Origin: Synechococcus sp.
GTDB lineage: Bacteria > Cyanobacteriota > Cyanobacteriia > PCC-6307 > Cyanobiaceae
Assembly: GCA_047285805.1 (NCBI GenBank)
Contig: JBJBCN010000003.1
Location: 64,001 to 128,000, forward strand
Length of the DNA: 64,000 bases
Direction of reading: 5' to 3'
Position numbers and translations under genes: made by a program. Of this stretch, positions 32,359 to 42,294 are shown one piece after another (positions within the stretch are counted from its first letter, which is position 1; the number at the start of each line of letters is the position of its first letter). The notes below the pieces were generated by a model. It was not told where the DNA came from. It made no database searches and saw only the letters and a list, made by a program, of their open reading frames with translations.

Positions 32359-33714
32359 TCAGGCGACGGGGAAAAAGACCGTGAGGTCATTGCCCGAGCG
32401 TTCCGCCAGCCGTCCCCCAAGGCTGTGGAACAGGCGCTGGGTGGCCTGCCGGCTCAGCTGCAGGCTGCCGGTTCCCGGATTCCAACTGAGCACCGGGCCC
32501 ACCCGCTCTTGCAGCTCGGGCCCCTCCTCATTGGATGCCAAGGCGGCCGCACTCAGACGCAGCTTCAGGCGGGCACCGGCGGGCTGAAGGCTGAGGTGTA
32601 CCACCGCCCCGGCGGGCAGGCCGCGGCTGAAGCGATCCATGAGTCCCCCCAACACGGTCTCCAGGCGCGCCGGGTCGGAGAGCACTGGTGGGAGGTCGGG
32701 TGTGAGCTGGAGCTCCAAGTTCAAGCCACGGCGCTGGAGCTGCTGCTGCCAGCCCGCTTCCAACTGACCGAGCAGCTGGCTGAGGTCGGTGCGGGCCAAG
32801 GCATGGGCGGGCGCGCCCCGGGCCGGCTCCCGTTGCAATTCCGCTGCCAGGAAAATCAAGCCAAAGCGATCGATCTGCTCACTGCATTCCCCGTCGATTT
32901 GGTGCAGCCGTTTGCGCACCAAATCCGTGAGGTCACTGCGCCGCAACAGCGAGCGAATCAAGGTGCGAATCGTGGCAAGGGGGGTGCGCACCTCATGGGT
33001 CAAGGCCTCCAGCAGCGCCAACTCGCTGCTCGGGCTGGGGCTACTCTCGCCGGCACTGCTTCGGTGCACCAACGGCTGCAGCGTCAGGCTTGGGCCCATA
33101 GCCGCGACTCGTTCGGCCAAGCGTGGCCAAAACAACTGCGCCAGTTGCTCATCGTTCTGCAGCCCCCCCAGGGCCTGAATCGCTTGTCGGAGAGCCTGGC
33201 CCTGCTGGGGATCGCTGTGTTGCAGCCGTTCATCCAGCAACGTGAGTGCGGCCGAAAGGGTGGGGGGATCAAAGCGAACCACCAACTGCCGCTGCTTGGG
33301 GGGGCCCACCAAGGCCATCGCCATCTGCAGCTTCGGAGTAATCAGCACCAACAGCGGGTCAGTGCCGTCGCCGTCTTCGAGGGCCAAGCGCTGAAAGCCG
33401 CCACTGACGGACGGCGGGGCCGCAGCGGCCGGCAACAGGGGGGAGCTGTTCTGCAGCAGGTCTCTCAGTTCCGGTGGAGCCCAGACCCAACCTTGAAACT
33501 GCTGCAGCAGCGACGGTTCATAGAGAGCCGGCAGCGGAGAGGCCATCCAGACACCCGGTTGCGCGCCGAGGGGCAACAGAAAATCCTCTTGCAAGGTGGC
33601 TAAAGCCGCCCACCACTGCCGCCGCACGCTGTCTTCATCGCAGCGCCCGACTGGCATCTGATGGGCCAACTGGCGCCGCAGCGCTTCAAAACTGCAGCCC
33701 AGAGCCCCCATCAT
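32359..33714 (-). CDS. Sensor histidine kinase, Hik34-like (atypical ATPase domain)
   Basis: H-box LTHEVRTPLATIRTL; no clear G boxes; WNPGTGSLQLS tail. Confidence 0.75.
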   Translation of the reverse strand: MMGALGCSFEALRRQLAHQMPVGRCDEDSVRRQWWAALATLQEDFLLPLGAQPGVWMASPLPALYEPSLLQQFQGWVWAPPELRDLLQNSSPLLPAAAAPPSVSGGFQRLALEDGDGTDPLLVLITPKLQMAMALVGPPKQRQLVVRFDPPTLSAALTLLDERLQHSDPQQGQALRQAIQALGGLQNDEQLAQLFWPRLAERVAAMGPSLTLQPLVHRSSAGESSPSPSSELALLEALTHEVRTPLATIRTLIRSLLRRSDLTDLVRKRLHQIDGECSEQIDRFGLIFLAAELQREPARGAPAHALARTDLSQLLGQLEAGWQQQLQRRGLNLELQLTPDLPPVLSDPARLETVLGGLMDRFSRGLPAGAVVHLSLQPAGARLKLRLSAAALASNEEGPELQERVGPVLSWNPGTGSLQLSRQATQRLFHSLGGRLAERSGNDLTVFFPVA

Positions 33715-35000
33715 CGGCGTTTCTTGGCCGGCTGCTTGATGCCCCGGGCCACCGACGAACACACGCCGAGGCCGATGAAATTGACCAACATCGCCGAGCG
33801 GCCATAACTCAGCCAGGGCAAAGGAATCCCCGTGATCGGCCCCAAGCCGATCGTCATGTTGATGTTGACCACCACCTGGAACATCACCATCGCCCCCACA
33901 CCGATCACCACCAGAGACTCCACATCCGTACGGGCCTGGCCGGCGATCTTCAGCAAACGCCAGATCCAGGCAACAAAGCCGAGCACTACCAGAGCGGAGC
34001 CGAGAAATCCGGTCTCCTCTCCCAGGGCGCTGAAGATGAAATCGGTGTGCTGCTCAGGGATGAAACGCAGCAGGGTCAGATGGCCCTGCAGCAAACCCGT
34101 ACCGAACCAACCACCTGAGCCAATGCCAACGGTGCTCTGCAGCAGGTGATAACCACCCCCCAGCGGGTCCTTGTTGGGGTCCAGGAAGAGGGTCAGACGG
34201 TCCCGTTGGTGGGGCTGGAGAAAGTTGTTCCAGAGCCAGGGGGTGCCCACCGCAAACAGACCCTGGATGGCCAACACCGCCAGGGGAGCCAGACGCCCCC
34301 AGGGCAGGGAGCGCACCGCGATCACAGCCATGGCCGGAATCCAAAGCAGCAGCAACCAGGGGAAGACACCAGCCAGGACCGACGTCACCACCGGCGAGAT
34401 CAACAGGACCACCCAGGCCCCGGGCATCCCCGACCAGAACATCATCACGAGCAGGACCGCGCCGAACACCAAGGAGGTGCCCAGGTCGGGCTGGATCAAG
34501 ACCAGGAACCAGGGAATGCTGATGGTCGCCACCGGACGCACCAGATCAACGGGGCGCTCAACGGGATGGCGGGCGAGGACCTGAGCCAAGAGCAGAATCG
34601 CGGCGATCTTGGCGAATTCAGAGGGCTGGACATTGAAGCCAGCGATGTTGATCCAGCTTTGGGCGCCCAAGGCGCTCACACCAATCAGAGGCACCGCGAT
34701 CAAGCTGGCGACCATGGCGCCATAGATCGGCCAGGTCCAACGGGTGATGCGCTCCACCGAAACCTTGGCGAGCAGCAGGGCGATGACCAAACCAACGGCG
34801 GCCGTCACCCAGTGCTGATACCAATCGGCGTAACGGGCTTGGCGCTGCGTACTGGCGATCAGGAAACCGGCGACGAACACCATTGCCAGGGGGATCCACC
34901 AGAGGATCTTGTCGACGCCCGCAAACAAACGGCGCCGGCGTCCATCCCGTTTGAAGAGCAGGCCTCCTCGGCGGCGATCCCAGAAGCCCGAGAGCGTCAT
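33711..35000 (-). CDS. rodA: Rod shape-determining protein RodA (SEDS family)
   Basis: QPSEFAK, QPDLGT, PEQHTDFIF, GIPLPWLSYG. Confidence 0.93.
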   Translation of the reverse strand: MTLSGFWDRRRGGLLFKRDGRRRRLFAGVDKILWWIPLAMVFVAGFLIASTQRQARYADWYQHWVTAAVGLVIALLLAKVSVERITRWTWPIYGAMVASLIAVPLIGVSALGAQSWINIAGFNVQPSEFAKIAAILLLAQVLARHPVERPVDLVRPVATISIPWFLVLIQPDLGTSLVFGAVLLVMMFWSGMPGAWVVLLISPVVTSVLAGVFPWLLLLWIPAMAVIAVRSLPWGRLAPLAVLAIQGLFAVGTPWLWNNFLQPHQRDRLTLFLDPNKDPLGGGYHLLQSTVGIGSGGWFGTGLLQGHLTLLRFIPEQHTDFIFSALGEETGFLGSALVVLGFVAWIWRLLKIAGQARTDVESLVVIGVGAMVMFQVVVNINMTIGLGPITGIPLPWLSYGRSAMLVNFIGLGVCSSVARGIKQPAKKRR

Positions 35001-36100
35001 CAGCGGACGGTGACTGGGAAACGGGAAGCCAGTGCGGCAAAGGCGGCGGCCGTGGCTGACTCCGGTGCACTCACGGTCACCGGGCGACCGCCATCTCCGC
35101 CTTGCACCACCGCCAATTCCATCGGGAGCTGGGCCAAAAGGGGCACGCCGCTCTCCTCAGCAAGGCATTGGCCACCACCGGAGCCGAAGAGTTCGTAGCG
35201 CTTCTCGGGTGCATCCGGCGGGATGAAGGCCGTCATGTTCTCCACTACACCCAGCACCGGAACTCCGAGCTGCTGAAACATCGCCAAGCCGCGCCGAGCG
35301 TCCTGCAGGGAGACCATCTGGGGCGTCGTGACGATGATCACACCAGCCATCGGGACCGCTTGGCCCAGGCTGAGCTGGGCATCACCGGTGCCCGGCGGCA
35401 GGTCAACCACGAGGACATCCCGCTCGCCCCACTCGACTTGATAGAGGAACTGGCGAATGATGCCGTTGAGCATCGGACCGCGCCAAATCACGGGCTGATG
35501 GGCATCGATCAGCAAGCCCATCGAGACCATGGCAATGCCGCAGCTCTCGATCGGGGTCAAGACCTGCTCGTTGCCGCTGCCCCGCACCTGGGGGGTCTGG
35601 TCGGCCACCCCCAACATCGTCGGGGCATTGGGTCCATAAATATCCGCATCAAGCAGGCCAACCCTGAGGCCGCTCTTGGCCAAGGCGCAGGCCAAGTTCA
35701 CCGCCACGGTGCTCTTGCCTACACCCCCTTTGCCGCTACTTACGGCGATGACCTGCTTGACGCCCGGGATGGCCTGACGCTCAGGGCCACCGCCGCCATG
35801 GCCTGCGGCCCCAATCGGCGCGCCGGCATGGGATGGGGCCTGCGGCGGCGCCTGGGCCAACTCGATTTGCACGTCTTCAATGCCGCCCAGTTGCAGCAGG
35901 GCACCGCGCGCGTCGGCAGCAATGCGATCCCGTTGGGACGCGGCATAGCCCGGCAGGACCAGCTGAAAAACAACCCGGTTGTTCTGGACCCGCACCTGCT
36001 GAATCCACTGCAGCTCCAGCAAGCTGCGGCCGGTGCCGGCGTCTTTAAGGGGCTCGAGGGCGGCGAGGGCCTCTGTCAGGGCCTGGTCTGCGCTGGCCAT
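35000..36100 (-). CDS. mrp: Mrp/ApbC/NBP35 Fe-S cluster carrier ATPase
   Basis: [30 protein letters not shown]. Confidence 0.93.
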   Translation of the reverse strand: MASADQALTEALAALEPLKDAGTGRSLLELQWIQQVRVQNNRVVFQLVLPGYAASQRDRIAADARGALLQLGGIEDVQIELAQAPPQAPSHAGAPIGAAGHGGGGPERQAIPGVKQVIAVSSGKGGVGKSTVAVNLACALAKSGLRVGLLDADIYGPNAPTMLGVADQTPQVRGSGNEQVLTPIESCGIAMVSMGLLIDAHQPVIWRGPMLNGIIRQFLYQVEWGERDVLVVDLPPGTGDAQLSLGQAVPMAGVIIVTTPQMVSLQDARRGLAMFQQLGVPVLGVVENMTAFIPPDAPEKRYELFGSGGGQCLAEESGVPLLAQLPMELAVVQGGDGGRPVTVSAPESATAAAFAALASRFPVTVR

Positions 36101-36261
36101 CGGGCAATTACACGGTGTCCCGGATCCTAAAAGCGTTGCCCAGCGCAGGCATCCCCAGGCCGATCATGGGGTGGGATCACGAACCCTCTCGAAAACTTGT
36201 GCAGCGGTGGGTCGTCCTGAAAAGGTGGTCCGATCACCCATGCCTCACGGCGCGAGCATCG

Positions 36262-37362
36262 ATGTTGAAGGGTCTGCTGTCCCGTGCCAAGGCCAAGCTG
36301 GCGAGTGAGACCTCGGCGACCTCCAGCCCCGCCGCACTTGAGGCGCCCCCTGCCAACTCACGGGAGAGAGCCCGCGCCCTAGTGATGGGGCTGCAGGACT
36401 CCATCTGCGCCGGCCTGGAGCAACTCGACGGCGGCGCCCGTTTTGAAGAAGAAAGCTGGGTACGCCCCGAGGGCGGTGGCGGCCGCTCCCGCGTTATCAA
36501 GGGCGGTCGCTTGTTCGAACAGGGCGGGGTGAACTTCTCCGAGGTTGAGGGCACCGAACTGCCCCCCTCGATCCTCAGCCAAAGGCCCGAAGCCAAAGGC
36601 CATCGCTGGTATGCGACCGGCACCTCGATGGTGCTGCACCCCCGCAACCCCTATATCCCCACCGTTCACCTCAACTACCGCTACTTCGAAGCCGGTGAGG
36701 TGTGGTGGTTTGGCGGTGGCGCTGACCTAACTCCTTACTACCCCTTCCTTGAGGACGCCCAGCACTTCCACAGGACCCTCAAGAACGCCTGCGACAGCGT
36801 CAACCCTGCTTTCTACCAGGTCTTCAAGCCCTGGTGCGACGAATACTTCTATCTGAAGCATCGAGACGAAACCCGCGGTGTCGGCGGGATCTTCTACGAC
36901 TACCAAGACCCCCGGGGAGTCCTCTACAAGGGCCAAGCCCCCAACGGTCCAGCCGCCATCGCTGGCTTAGGCGTCGGCCCCATTCCGCAGAGCTGGGAGC
37001 AGCTGTTCAACCTCGCCAGCGCCTGCGGCAACGCGTTCCTGCCCAGCTACGTGCCGATCGTCGAGAAGCGGCAGAACACCTCCTTTGGGGAGCGGGAACG
37101 TCAGTTCCAGCTCTACCGCCGCGGCCGTTACGTGGAATTCAACCTGGTCTTTGACCGGGGCACAATCTTTGGATTGCAAACCAACGGCCGCACCGAGTCG
37201 ATCCTGATGTCCCTGCCGCCGCTCGTGCGCTGGGAATACGGCTACAAGGCCGAGGACGGCAGCCGTGAAGCCCTGCTCACGGATCTGTTCACCAAGCCCC
37301 AGAACTGGCTCGGAGACGACTCACTGGTGGGTCGGTGCCAACCCCACGGCGCGGTGGGCTGA
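36262..37362 (+). CDS. hemF: Oxygen-dependent coproporphyrinogen III oxidase
   Basis: [49 protein letters not shown]. Confidence 0.96.
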   Translation: MLKGLLSRAKAKLASETSATSSPAALEAPPANSRERARALVMGLQDSICAGLEQLDGGARFEEESWVRPEGGGGRSRVIKGGRLFEQGGVNFSEVEGTELPPSILSQRPEAKGHRWYATGTSMVLHPRNPYIPTVHLNYRYFEAGEVWWFGGGADLTPYYPFLEDAQHFHRTLKNACDSVNPAFYQVFKPWCDEYFYLKHRDETRGVGGIFYDYQDPRGVLYKGQAPNGPAAIAGLGVGPIPQSWEQLFNLASACGNAFLPSYVPIVEKRQNTSFGERERQFQLYRRGRYVEFNLVFDRGTIFGLQTNGRTESILMSLPPLVRWEYGYKAEDGSREALLTDLFTKPQNWLGDDSLVGRCQPHGAVG

Positions 37363-38143
37363 GACCGGCGGTTTGGGCCGCCACCAGTCGGTGACGGCCC
37401 AAACCACCCTCCAAACCCGTCACAACCCGTTCAGTGATCACCGCGAGGGACTGCTCCCGACTGCGGGGATTTCGCAAGGCCGTCTCTAGGGGAGCTTCAA
37501 GCTTGCCGATTTCCAACAGGGTGATGCCGCGTTTCGGACCACCCAAACCACCACGGAACTGCAAGGGATAGCCGCCAAAAGCCACAGCCAGGCTTTCATC
37601 CAGGGTGCTCAGCGGCCGATGCAGGGCCGGAATCACCCCTGAACCGATGCCATCGGGGCCGTAGGCATCGAAATGAATCTCCAGGGCGTAGCCCCCTGCT
37701 TCCGCATGGGCCTTGCCCACGCTCCAATTAGTAAGGGGATCATCCCCGTTGACGATCGTGCGGGCCGGCGGGTCGTAAAAGCGGATGTTCAAACCACGCT
37801 GTTGACCAAGGGCAGCGACGCGCCTGGCCACCTCAAGGTTCCAATAGAGCTCGTCGCGGATGCCAGGCTGCATCGGCTTCTCCCCGCGGATATCCACGGC
37901 ATAGCCCGAGGTTCCCGAGCCAGAAATGTTCTGGGAATCCGCGTGGCCGGCCATCACCAAGATCGGGACTGTGCTTGCAACCTGGCGCACGCCGATCCAG
38001 TCACGCCCCAAACGACCACGGGCTCCGGTCAGCTGATCCGCGGCGCGGGGCGCTGGGGCAGGAGCCTGGGCGTCGGCCGCCAGGGCCAAGCTGGCGGCGG
38101 CCAGGCTGGCCAGCAGCAGCGTGCTGCGCCGGGGGAACCTCAT
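37289..38143 (-). CDS. Exported N-acetylmuramoyl-L-alanine amidase-like protein
   Basis: Signal peptide; AGHAD...E, EIHFD and LLEIG resemble amidase_3 zinc ligands. Confidence 0.6.
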   Translation of the reverse strand: MRFPRRSTLLLASLAAASLALAADAQAPAPAPRAADQLTGARGRLGRDWIGVRQVASTVPILVMAGHADSQNISGSGTSGYAVDIRGEKPMQPGIRDELYWNLEVARRVAALGQQRGLNIRFYDPPARTIVNGDDPLTNWSVGKAHAEAGGYALEIHFDAYGPDGIGSGVIPALHRPLSTLDESLAVAFGGYPLQFRGGLGGPKRGITLLEIGKLEAPLETALRNPRSREQSLAVITERVVTGLEGGLGRHRLVAAQTAGLSPPRRGVGTDPPVSRLRASSGAW

Positions 38144-38157
38144 CGAACCATCCTGGC

Positions 38158-38712
38158 TCAGATCGGAGAATGCAACAGGTCTCCTACACCAAAGAGCCCG
38201 AGTTGGGGGCCCATTTCCAGCTCCAGGGCAATTAACTCATCGCGGTGGGCTCGCATCTGCAGGGCACTACCGGTGGCCTCATCATGGCTGATCAGACGCA
38301 ATTCCACTGTCTCAGCACGGGCCGCACGGCGACGATAGGCCACCCCCGCTAAGGGCCCCAGCAGGGTCAAAAAGAGCGGCCACCACGCCAGATCTGGCAA
38401 CAACTGGCAGAGCACCAGGCCGAGGCAGCCGGCACCCACCCCACCCAGAACGGAGAGCAGCACGGCCAAAGCACCACTGGCCTCCACCTGGCCGGAGAAC
38501 GTCAGCAGGCGGCGCTCCGGGTTGGCCTCTTCCGCCACCCAGCCGCGCCCCTGCAACCACTCCGCCAGGGCCGGAAGTACTTCAAGCGGAGGCTTCGAGG
38601 AGCGGATTTCAACAACGGTCGTGCGGTCTTTACTGGCGGCCCGCAGAAAGAACACCAGACCGATGACCAGCAGCAGCGTGAGGGGCAGGGTGGATCCCAG
38701 GGCCTGGGGCAT
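38158..38712 (-). CDS. Cofactor assembly of complex C subunit B (CCB1-like)
   Basis: STLPLTLLLVIGLVFFLRAASKDRT and RAHRDELI motifs. Confidence 0.8.
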   Translation of the reverse strand: MPQALGSTLPLTLLLVIGLVFFLRAASKDRTTVVEIRSSKPPLEVLPALAEWLQGRGWVAEEANPERRLLTFSGQVEASGALAVLLSVLGGVGAGCLGLVLCQLLPDLAWWPLFLTLLGPLAGVAYRRRAARAETVELRLISHDEATGSALQMRAHRDELIALELEMGPQLGLFGVGDLLHSPI

Positions 38713-39103
38713 GGCTACTGGCATGAAGATTTCGTTCATTCTCGTCGAGCCAGTGGTGCCATGGCGGCATTAACTGCTCTGCATCGCTGCGGCGCACCTC
38801 AAGGAGGTGCAACATCCGCCGCGGGCGGCCGCGACTAGGGCAGCGCTGGGCATAGCTATCGATCGCCCCGTCCTGATCAAGAAAACCAAGGGCCTGCTGC
38901 AGGACGGTCTCCGAAAGCCGCAACTTGGGATGGGTGACCGATAGGTCGTGCATCAAGGCCGTGGGATACGTATCGGCCTCAAGCAAACGCTCCAAAATCC
39001 AACAGACCGCCAGCTCCAAACTCAGATGCTGGACAGGGGTACGTTCAAAAAAGGCCCGAATCGACTCCAGACCAGGCCGTGGGGGCAAGGGACGAGAACG
39101 CAT
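38630..39103 (-). CDS. pex: PadR-family regulator, Pex (period extender)-like
   Basis: LSLELAVCWIL, LRLSETVL, SRGRPRRM. Confidence 0.75.
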   Translation of the reverse strand: MRSRPLPPRPGLESIRAFFERTPVQHLSLELAVCWILERLLEADTYPTALMHDLSVTHPKLRLSETVLQQALGFLDQDGAIDSYAQRCPSRGRPRRMLHLLEVRRSDAEQLMPPWHHWLDENERNLHASSHAPGPGIHPAPHAAAGHRSGVLSAGRQ

Positions 39104-39226
39104 TGAAAGAGAGGGCCACGCGCTACCCACCTGCTAGCGCGATCTCATCTTGATACGCAAAAGCGATAGATGAGCTTGAGATTTGCCCTTGGTCCGCGAC
39201 GATGGACGGCAGTTGAGCACGACCCC

Positions 39227-39904
39227 TTGAGCAGCGCTTCCTCCGCCGTCTCCGCCCCTGCAGCGGGGTCCAGCCCTGCTCGCTTCGCTGTCCTCGACCA
39301 CGATCTCAGCCCGGAATGGCACCAGCTGCTCGGGGCCTCGAGCGCCCTGGCGGTGGACACCGAAGCCATGGGCTTGATCCACGGCCGCGACCGCCTCTGC
39401 CTGGTGCAGATCAGCGACGAGCACGACAACGTCTGCTGCATCCGCATCCACCGCGGCCAGAGCGAAGCGCCGCTGCTCAAAGAGCTAATGGAAGCAGCCG
39501 GCATCGAGAAGGTCTTCCACTTCGCCCGCTTTGACGTGGCCGCCCTCGCCGAGGGTCTGGACATCCACGTCAACCAGATCTTCTGCACCAAGATCGGCAG
39601 CCGACTGGCACGGACATACACCAACCGCCACGGCCTCAAGGACCTGGTCAACGAGCTCTGCCACGTGGAACTCGACAAAGGCGCCCAGAGCAGTGACTGG
39701 GGCCGTGTGGAGGAGCTCAGCGAGGCCCAGTTGGCCTATGCCGCCAATGACGTCCGCTACCTCCTGGCCGCCCGCGCCAGGCTGATCGAGATGCTCCTGC
39801 GTGAAGAGCGGCTCGACCTCGCTCAGCGCTGCTTTGCCTGCATCCCAGTGATCTCGGATCTGGATCGCGGCCGCTTCGGCGCGATCTTTGAGCACCGCTC
39901 CTAG
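39227..39904 (+). CDS. rnd: Ribonuclease D (DEDDy 3'-5' exonuclease)
   Basis: LAVDTEAMGL, KVFHFARFD, QSSDWG, YAANDV. Confidence 0.9.
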   Translation: MSSASSAVSAPAAGSSPARFAVLDHDLSPEWHQLLGASSALAVDTEAMGLIHGRDRLCLVQISDEHDNVCCIRIHRGQSEAPLLKELMEAAGIEKVFHFARFDVAALAEGLDIHVNQIFCTKIGSRLARTYTNRHGLKDLVNELCHVELDKGAQSSDWGRVEELSEAQLAYAANDVRYLLAARARLIEMLLREERLDLAQRCFACIPVISDLDRGRFGAIFEHRS

Positions 39905-39913
39905 GCGAGGGGC

Positions 39914-40171
39914 TCAGTCATCCCCGAGGTACATCTCCTCCTCCTTGACCGCCTCCAGCAGCACATCCAACAGCTGACGGGATTCCCCGCCCACGCCCTG
40001 GGCTTCAACCAATAGGCGCTGGGCGATCAGCAGACGCTCTTCGTTGTCGCGCACCCCCTCCTTGGCCGCCACCAGATCCACCTTGCGGCGGGCCGAAGCA
40101 ATGCTGATGCTCAGCGCACTGGCGAGCTGTCCGCAGGCTTTTGCGTAGTCCTTGTCCTGGGGAGCAGCCAT
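39914..40171 (-). CDS. Conserved picocyanobacterial hypothetical protein
   Basis: Host-like codon usage; LASALSISIASARRKVD; fills the gap after the upstream gene. Confidence 0.65.
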   Translation of the reverse strand: MAAPQDKDYAKACGQLASALSISIASARRKVDLVAAKEGVRDNEERLLIAQRLLVEAQGVGGESRQLLDVLLEAVKEEEMYLGDD

Positions 40172-40206
40172 GGGGCGAAGCAACGCGGCGGTTGATCAAG
40201 CCACCA

Positions 40207-41457
40207 TCATCCCGTTGCGCCGTCCGCGCCCCCCAACAGGCGCTCCTCGATCGCCCGCGATAGGGCGGCACTGCCGCCGGCCTCGCCCATCCGCTGGATC
40301 CCGATGGAACCCAACTGACGGGCGAGGTCAGGCTGACTGAGCAAGATCTCCGCCCGCTCGGCCAGGGCGGCCTGGGAGCGGCAAACCTGCACTGACCCGC
40401 CCAACAGACGACTCTGGCGCTCCGCAAACCCCCGCTTGAACTGCGGACCCGGCCCGGGCAGCGAGAGCGCCGGGATCCCAATCCCCACCAACTGCTCGGT
40501 GGCTGTTCCCGCGGAGGCCAGGCCCAGCTGAGCCCAGCCCGCCCAACGGGAGAAACAACCGGGCCCCACCAAGAGCAGGCGCGCTCCGCGCGCCCAGACC
40601 GAAGCGGCCCCCAGATCCGCGAGCGCCTCCGGAGGCGCGATGGGCTCAAAGCCCAGACCCTGCAGCAGCGGCTCCCATTCATGGGGAGCTGGACGGGAAC
40701 CGGTGGGAGCGAAAACCAACAGTGGCTCCTCGCAACGCACCTCAGCCAGAGCCTCCAGGAGGCGCCTGAGGTTGCCGGTCGCCTCCGGCATCCGGCTGCC
40801 ACCAAGGAGGAGTAGCCGCCGCCAATGGCGCAACGCCAGCGGCAGGGTGCCCACGTCCATGCCATCCATCATCGGGTTGCCGGGGGCGATGGCGGCCACG
40901 CCATGGCGCCGCAGGCCGCGGGCCGTAAGCCGATCGCGCGTCGCCACCATGTGGCAGCGCCCGCATCGCATCAGCGCCCACTCCCAGGGGTCCCACTCGC
41001 TTCCCTTGAGGCGGTGATACAGGGCGGTCAGCCCCGGCGCACCGGCCCAGGTGTAGTCGCTCTTGGGGGTGCCGATGAAGCCGTAGAGACCGCCCCCCGA
41101 CCAGGCCAGCAGCAGGGGAAGCAAATCTCCAACCGCGAGCACAGGATCACCCCCCCGGCCCCAGCGGCGCACAAAGCGCCACTGACGCAGGGTCAAACCA
41201 AGCACCCCCGCCCAGAGATCCGCCAGCAGGCCCCGCAGGCTCTGGTTGCTGAAGCCACCGCTGGGGAGCTGGCTCCGCGGGCCCACCCGGCGCAACAGGC
41301 CCTGATCTTCCGCCCCGCAATATGCAGCCCCGTCTCCCACCATCGGCAGCACCGCCACCTCGATGTCGGGGCGGCGCTGCTTCAAGGACTGGATCACCCT
41401 GAGGGCAATCAGGTCTTCCCCATGGCCGTTGCTCAGGACCAGCAGGCGGCCAGGCAT
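40207..41457 (-). CDS. Lipid-A-disaccharide synthase-related protein
   Basis: LSNGHGED, LPSGGF, GTPKSDY, AGTATEQLVGIG, GPQF. Confidence 0.85.
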   Translation of the reverse strand: MPGRLLVLSNGHGEDLIALRVIQSLKQRRPDIEVAVLPMVGDGAAYCGAEDQGLLRRVGPRSQLPSGGFSNQSLRGLLADLWAGVLGLTLRQWRFVRRWGRGGDPVLAVGDLLPLLLAWSGGGLYGFIGTPKSDYTWAGAPGLTALYHRLKGSEWDPWEWALMRCGRCHMVATRDRLTARGLRRHGVAAIAPGNPMMDGMDVGTLPLALRHWRRLLLLGGSRMPEATGNLRRLLEALAEVRCEEPLLVFAPTGSRPAPHEWEPLLQGLGFEPIAPPEALADLGAASVWARGARLLLVGPGCFSRWAGWAQLGLASAGTATEQLVGIGIPALSLPGPGPQFKRGFAERQSRLLGGSVQVCRSQAALAERAEILLSQPDLARQLGSIGIQRMGEAGGSAALSRAIEERLLGGADGATG

Positions 41458-41500
41458 CCCGTGACTGATACGATCCGTCCCTGGGAGTTTGCTCCCAAGC

Positions 41501-41571
41501 GGCGGCATGGCCAAGTGGTAAGGCAGAGGATTGCAAATCCTTTACCCCCAGTTCGAATCTGGGTGCCGCCT
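41501..41571 (+). tRNA. tRNA-Cys (anticodon GCA)
   Basis: Acceptor GGCGGCA/TGCCGCC, anticodon arm GAGGA-TTGCAAA-TCCTT, GTTCGAATC. Confidence 0.97.
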
Positions 41572-41601
41572 TTCAATCGCGTTCGGCGCTGATCGTGCAG
41601 C

Positions 41602-42120
41602 TCAACGCAGTTGGGCGTCGGCCGACCAGCGCTCGCCGTAGCTCGTTTGCGCGTCGCAGTGAGCCTGATCGCTATCGATGCTGCAGGTCCCTGCCACGGG
41701 AAGGGTTTTGGGGAGGCCCACCACGAGCCCCCGCGGGGTGAACTGCGCGAAACGCAACAGCCTCACGCGCAGCAGCACGGAGCCGTCGAGCTGACAGACC
41801 CCATCACGGCAACGCAGGGGAGTTCCGGAGCTGGCCCGTTCCCCCACAAAACTCACCTCCTGCAGGAGCTCCTGATCGGGGACCGGCGTCAGCAGGCTCA
41901 CACGCAGCACAGAGGCATTGCGCTGATCGACCCGCAAGCTCCGGCAGGGGCTGGGGGCCTGGCCAAAAAGGGCCAGCTCACAACTCCGGGGATCCACCTG
42001 CCAACGCCCAAATCCCTGCTGCCGCTGCGCCGCTGCCGGTACAGGGCGAAGGGTGCCCAGCGCGCAGACCAAAAACAGCAGCAGTCGAGGTGACCTCAAT
42101 AGCCGGAATCCGCCACACAC
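41602..42120 (-). CDS. Putative exported Cys-containing hypothetical protein
   Basis: Signal-peptide-like N-terminus and several paired Cys residues. Confidence 0.5.
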   Translation of the reverse strand: MCGGFRLLRSPRLLLFLVCALGTLRPVPAAAQRQQGFGRWQVDPRSCELALFGQAPSPCRSLRVDQRNASVLRVSLLTPVPDQELLQEVSFVGERASSGTPLRCRDGVCQLDGSVLLRVRLLRFAQFTPRGLVVGLPKTLPVAGTCSIDSDQAHCDAQTSYGERWSADAQLR

Positions 42121-42269
42121 ATCCCGATGCAGACCAGACCGTTATTGGCCGTGCGGCCGCAGTGACCGCAAAGCACGGGGTCCTCCTCCCTTCGCTCCGG
42201 GGTGGTCTCCGCTGCCTGGGGTGGCAACGCGCTGGTCTCAGCAGCCGAGCTAGGCAGAGAATTCAGCAC
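42096..42269 (-). CDS. Small Cys-motif protein (CxxC...CxxxC)
   Basis: C-terminus LCGHCGRTANNGLVCIGMCVADSGY; GTG start estimated. Confidence 0.6.
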   Translation of the reverse strand: MLNSLPSSAAETSALPPQAAETTPERREEDPVLCGHCGRTANNGLVCIGMCVADSGY

Positions 42270-42294
42270 AGTGCAAGTCCGCGACGGCTCGATC

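Noticed and set aside
32359..33714. Histidine kinase lacking G boxes as a possible pseudogene
   Set aside because: ORF is intact and the atypical ATPase domain fits the Hik34-like family
37289..37362. 74-nt convergent overlap of hemF and the amidase-like gene
   Set aside because: 3' overlaps are common in compact GC-rich genomes; no further signal
11375..41600. Three tRNAs as possible island insertion sites
   Set aside because: No integrase, duplicated tRNA 3' end or foreign genes beside any of them; the short imperfect palindrome after tRNA-Gln (~11455-11480) is too weak to call
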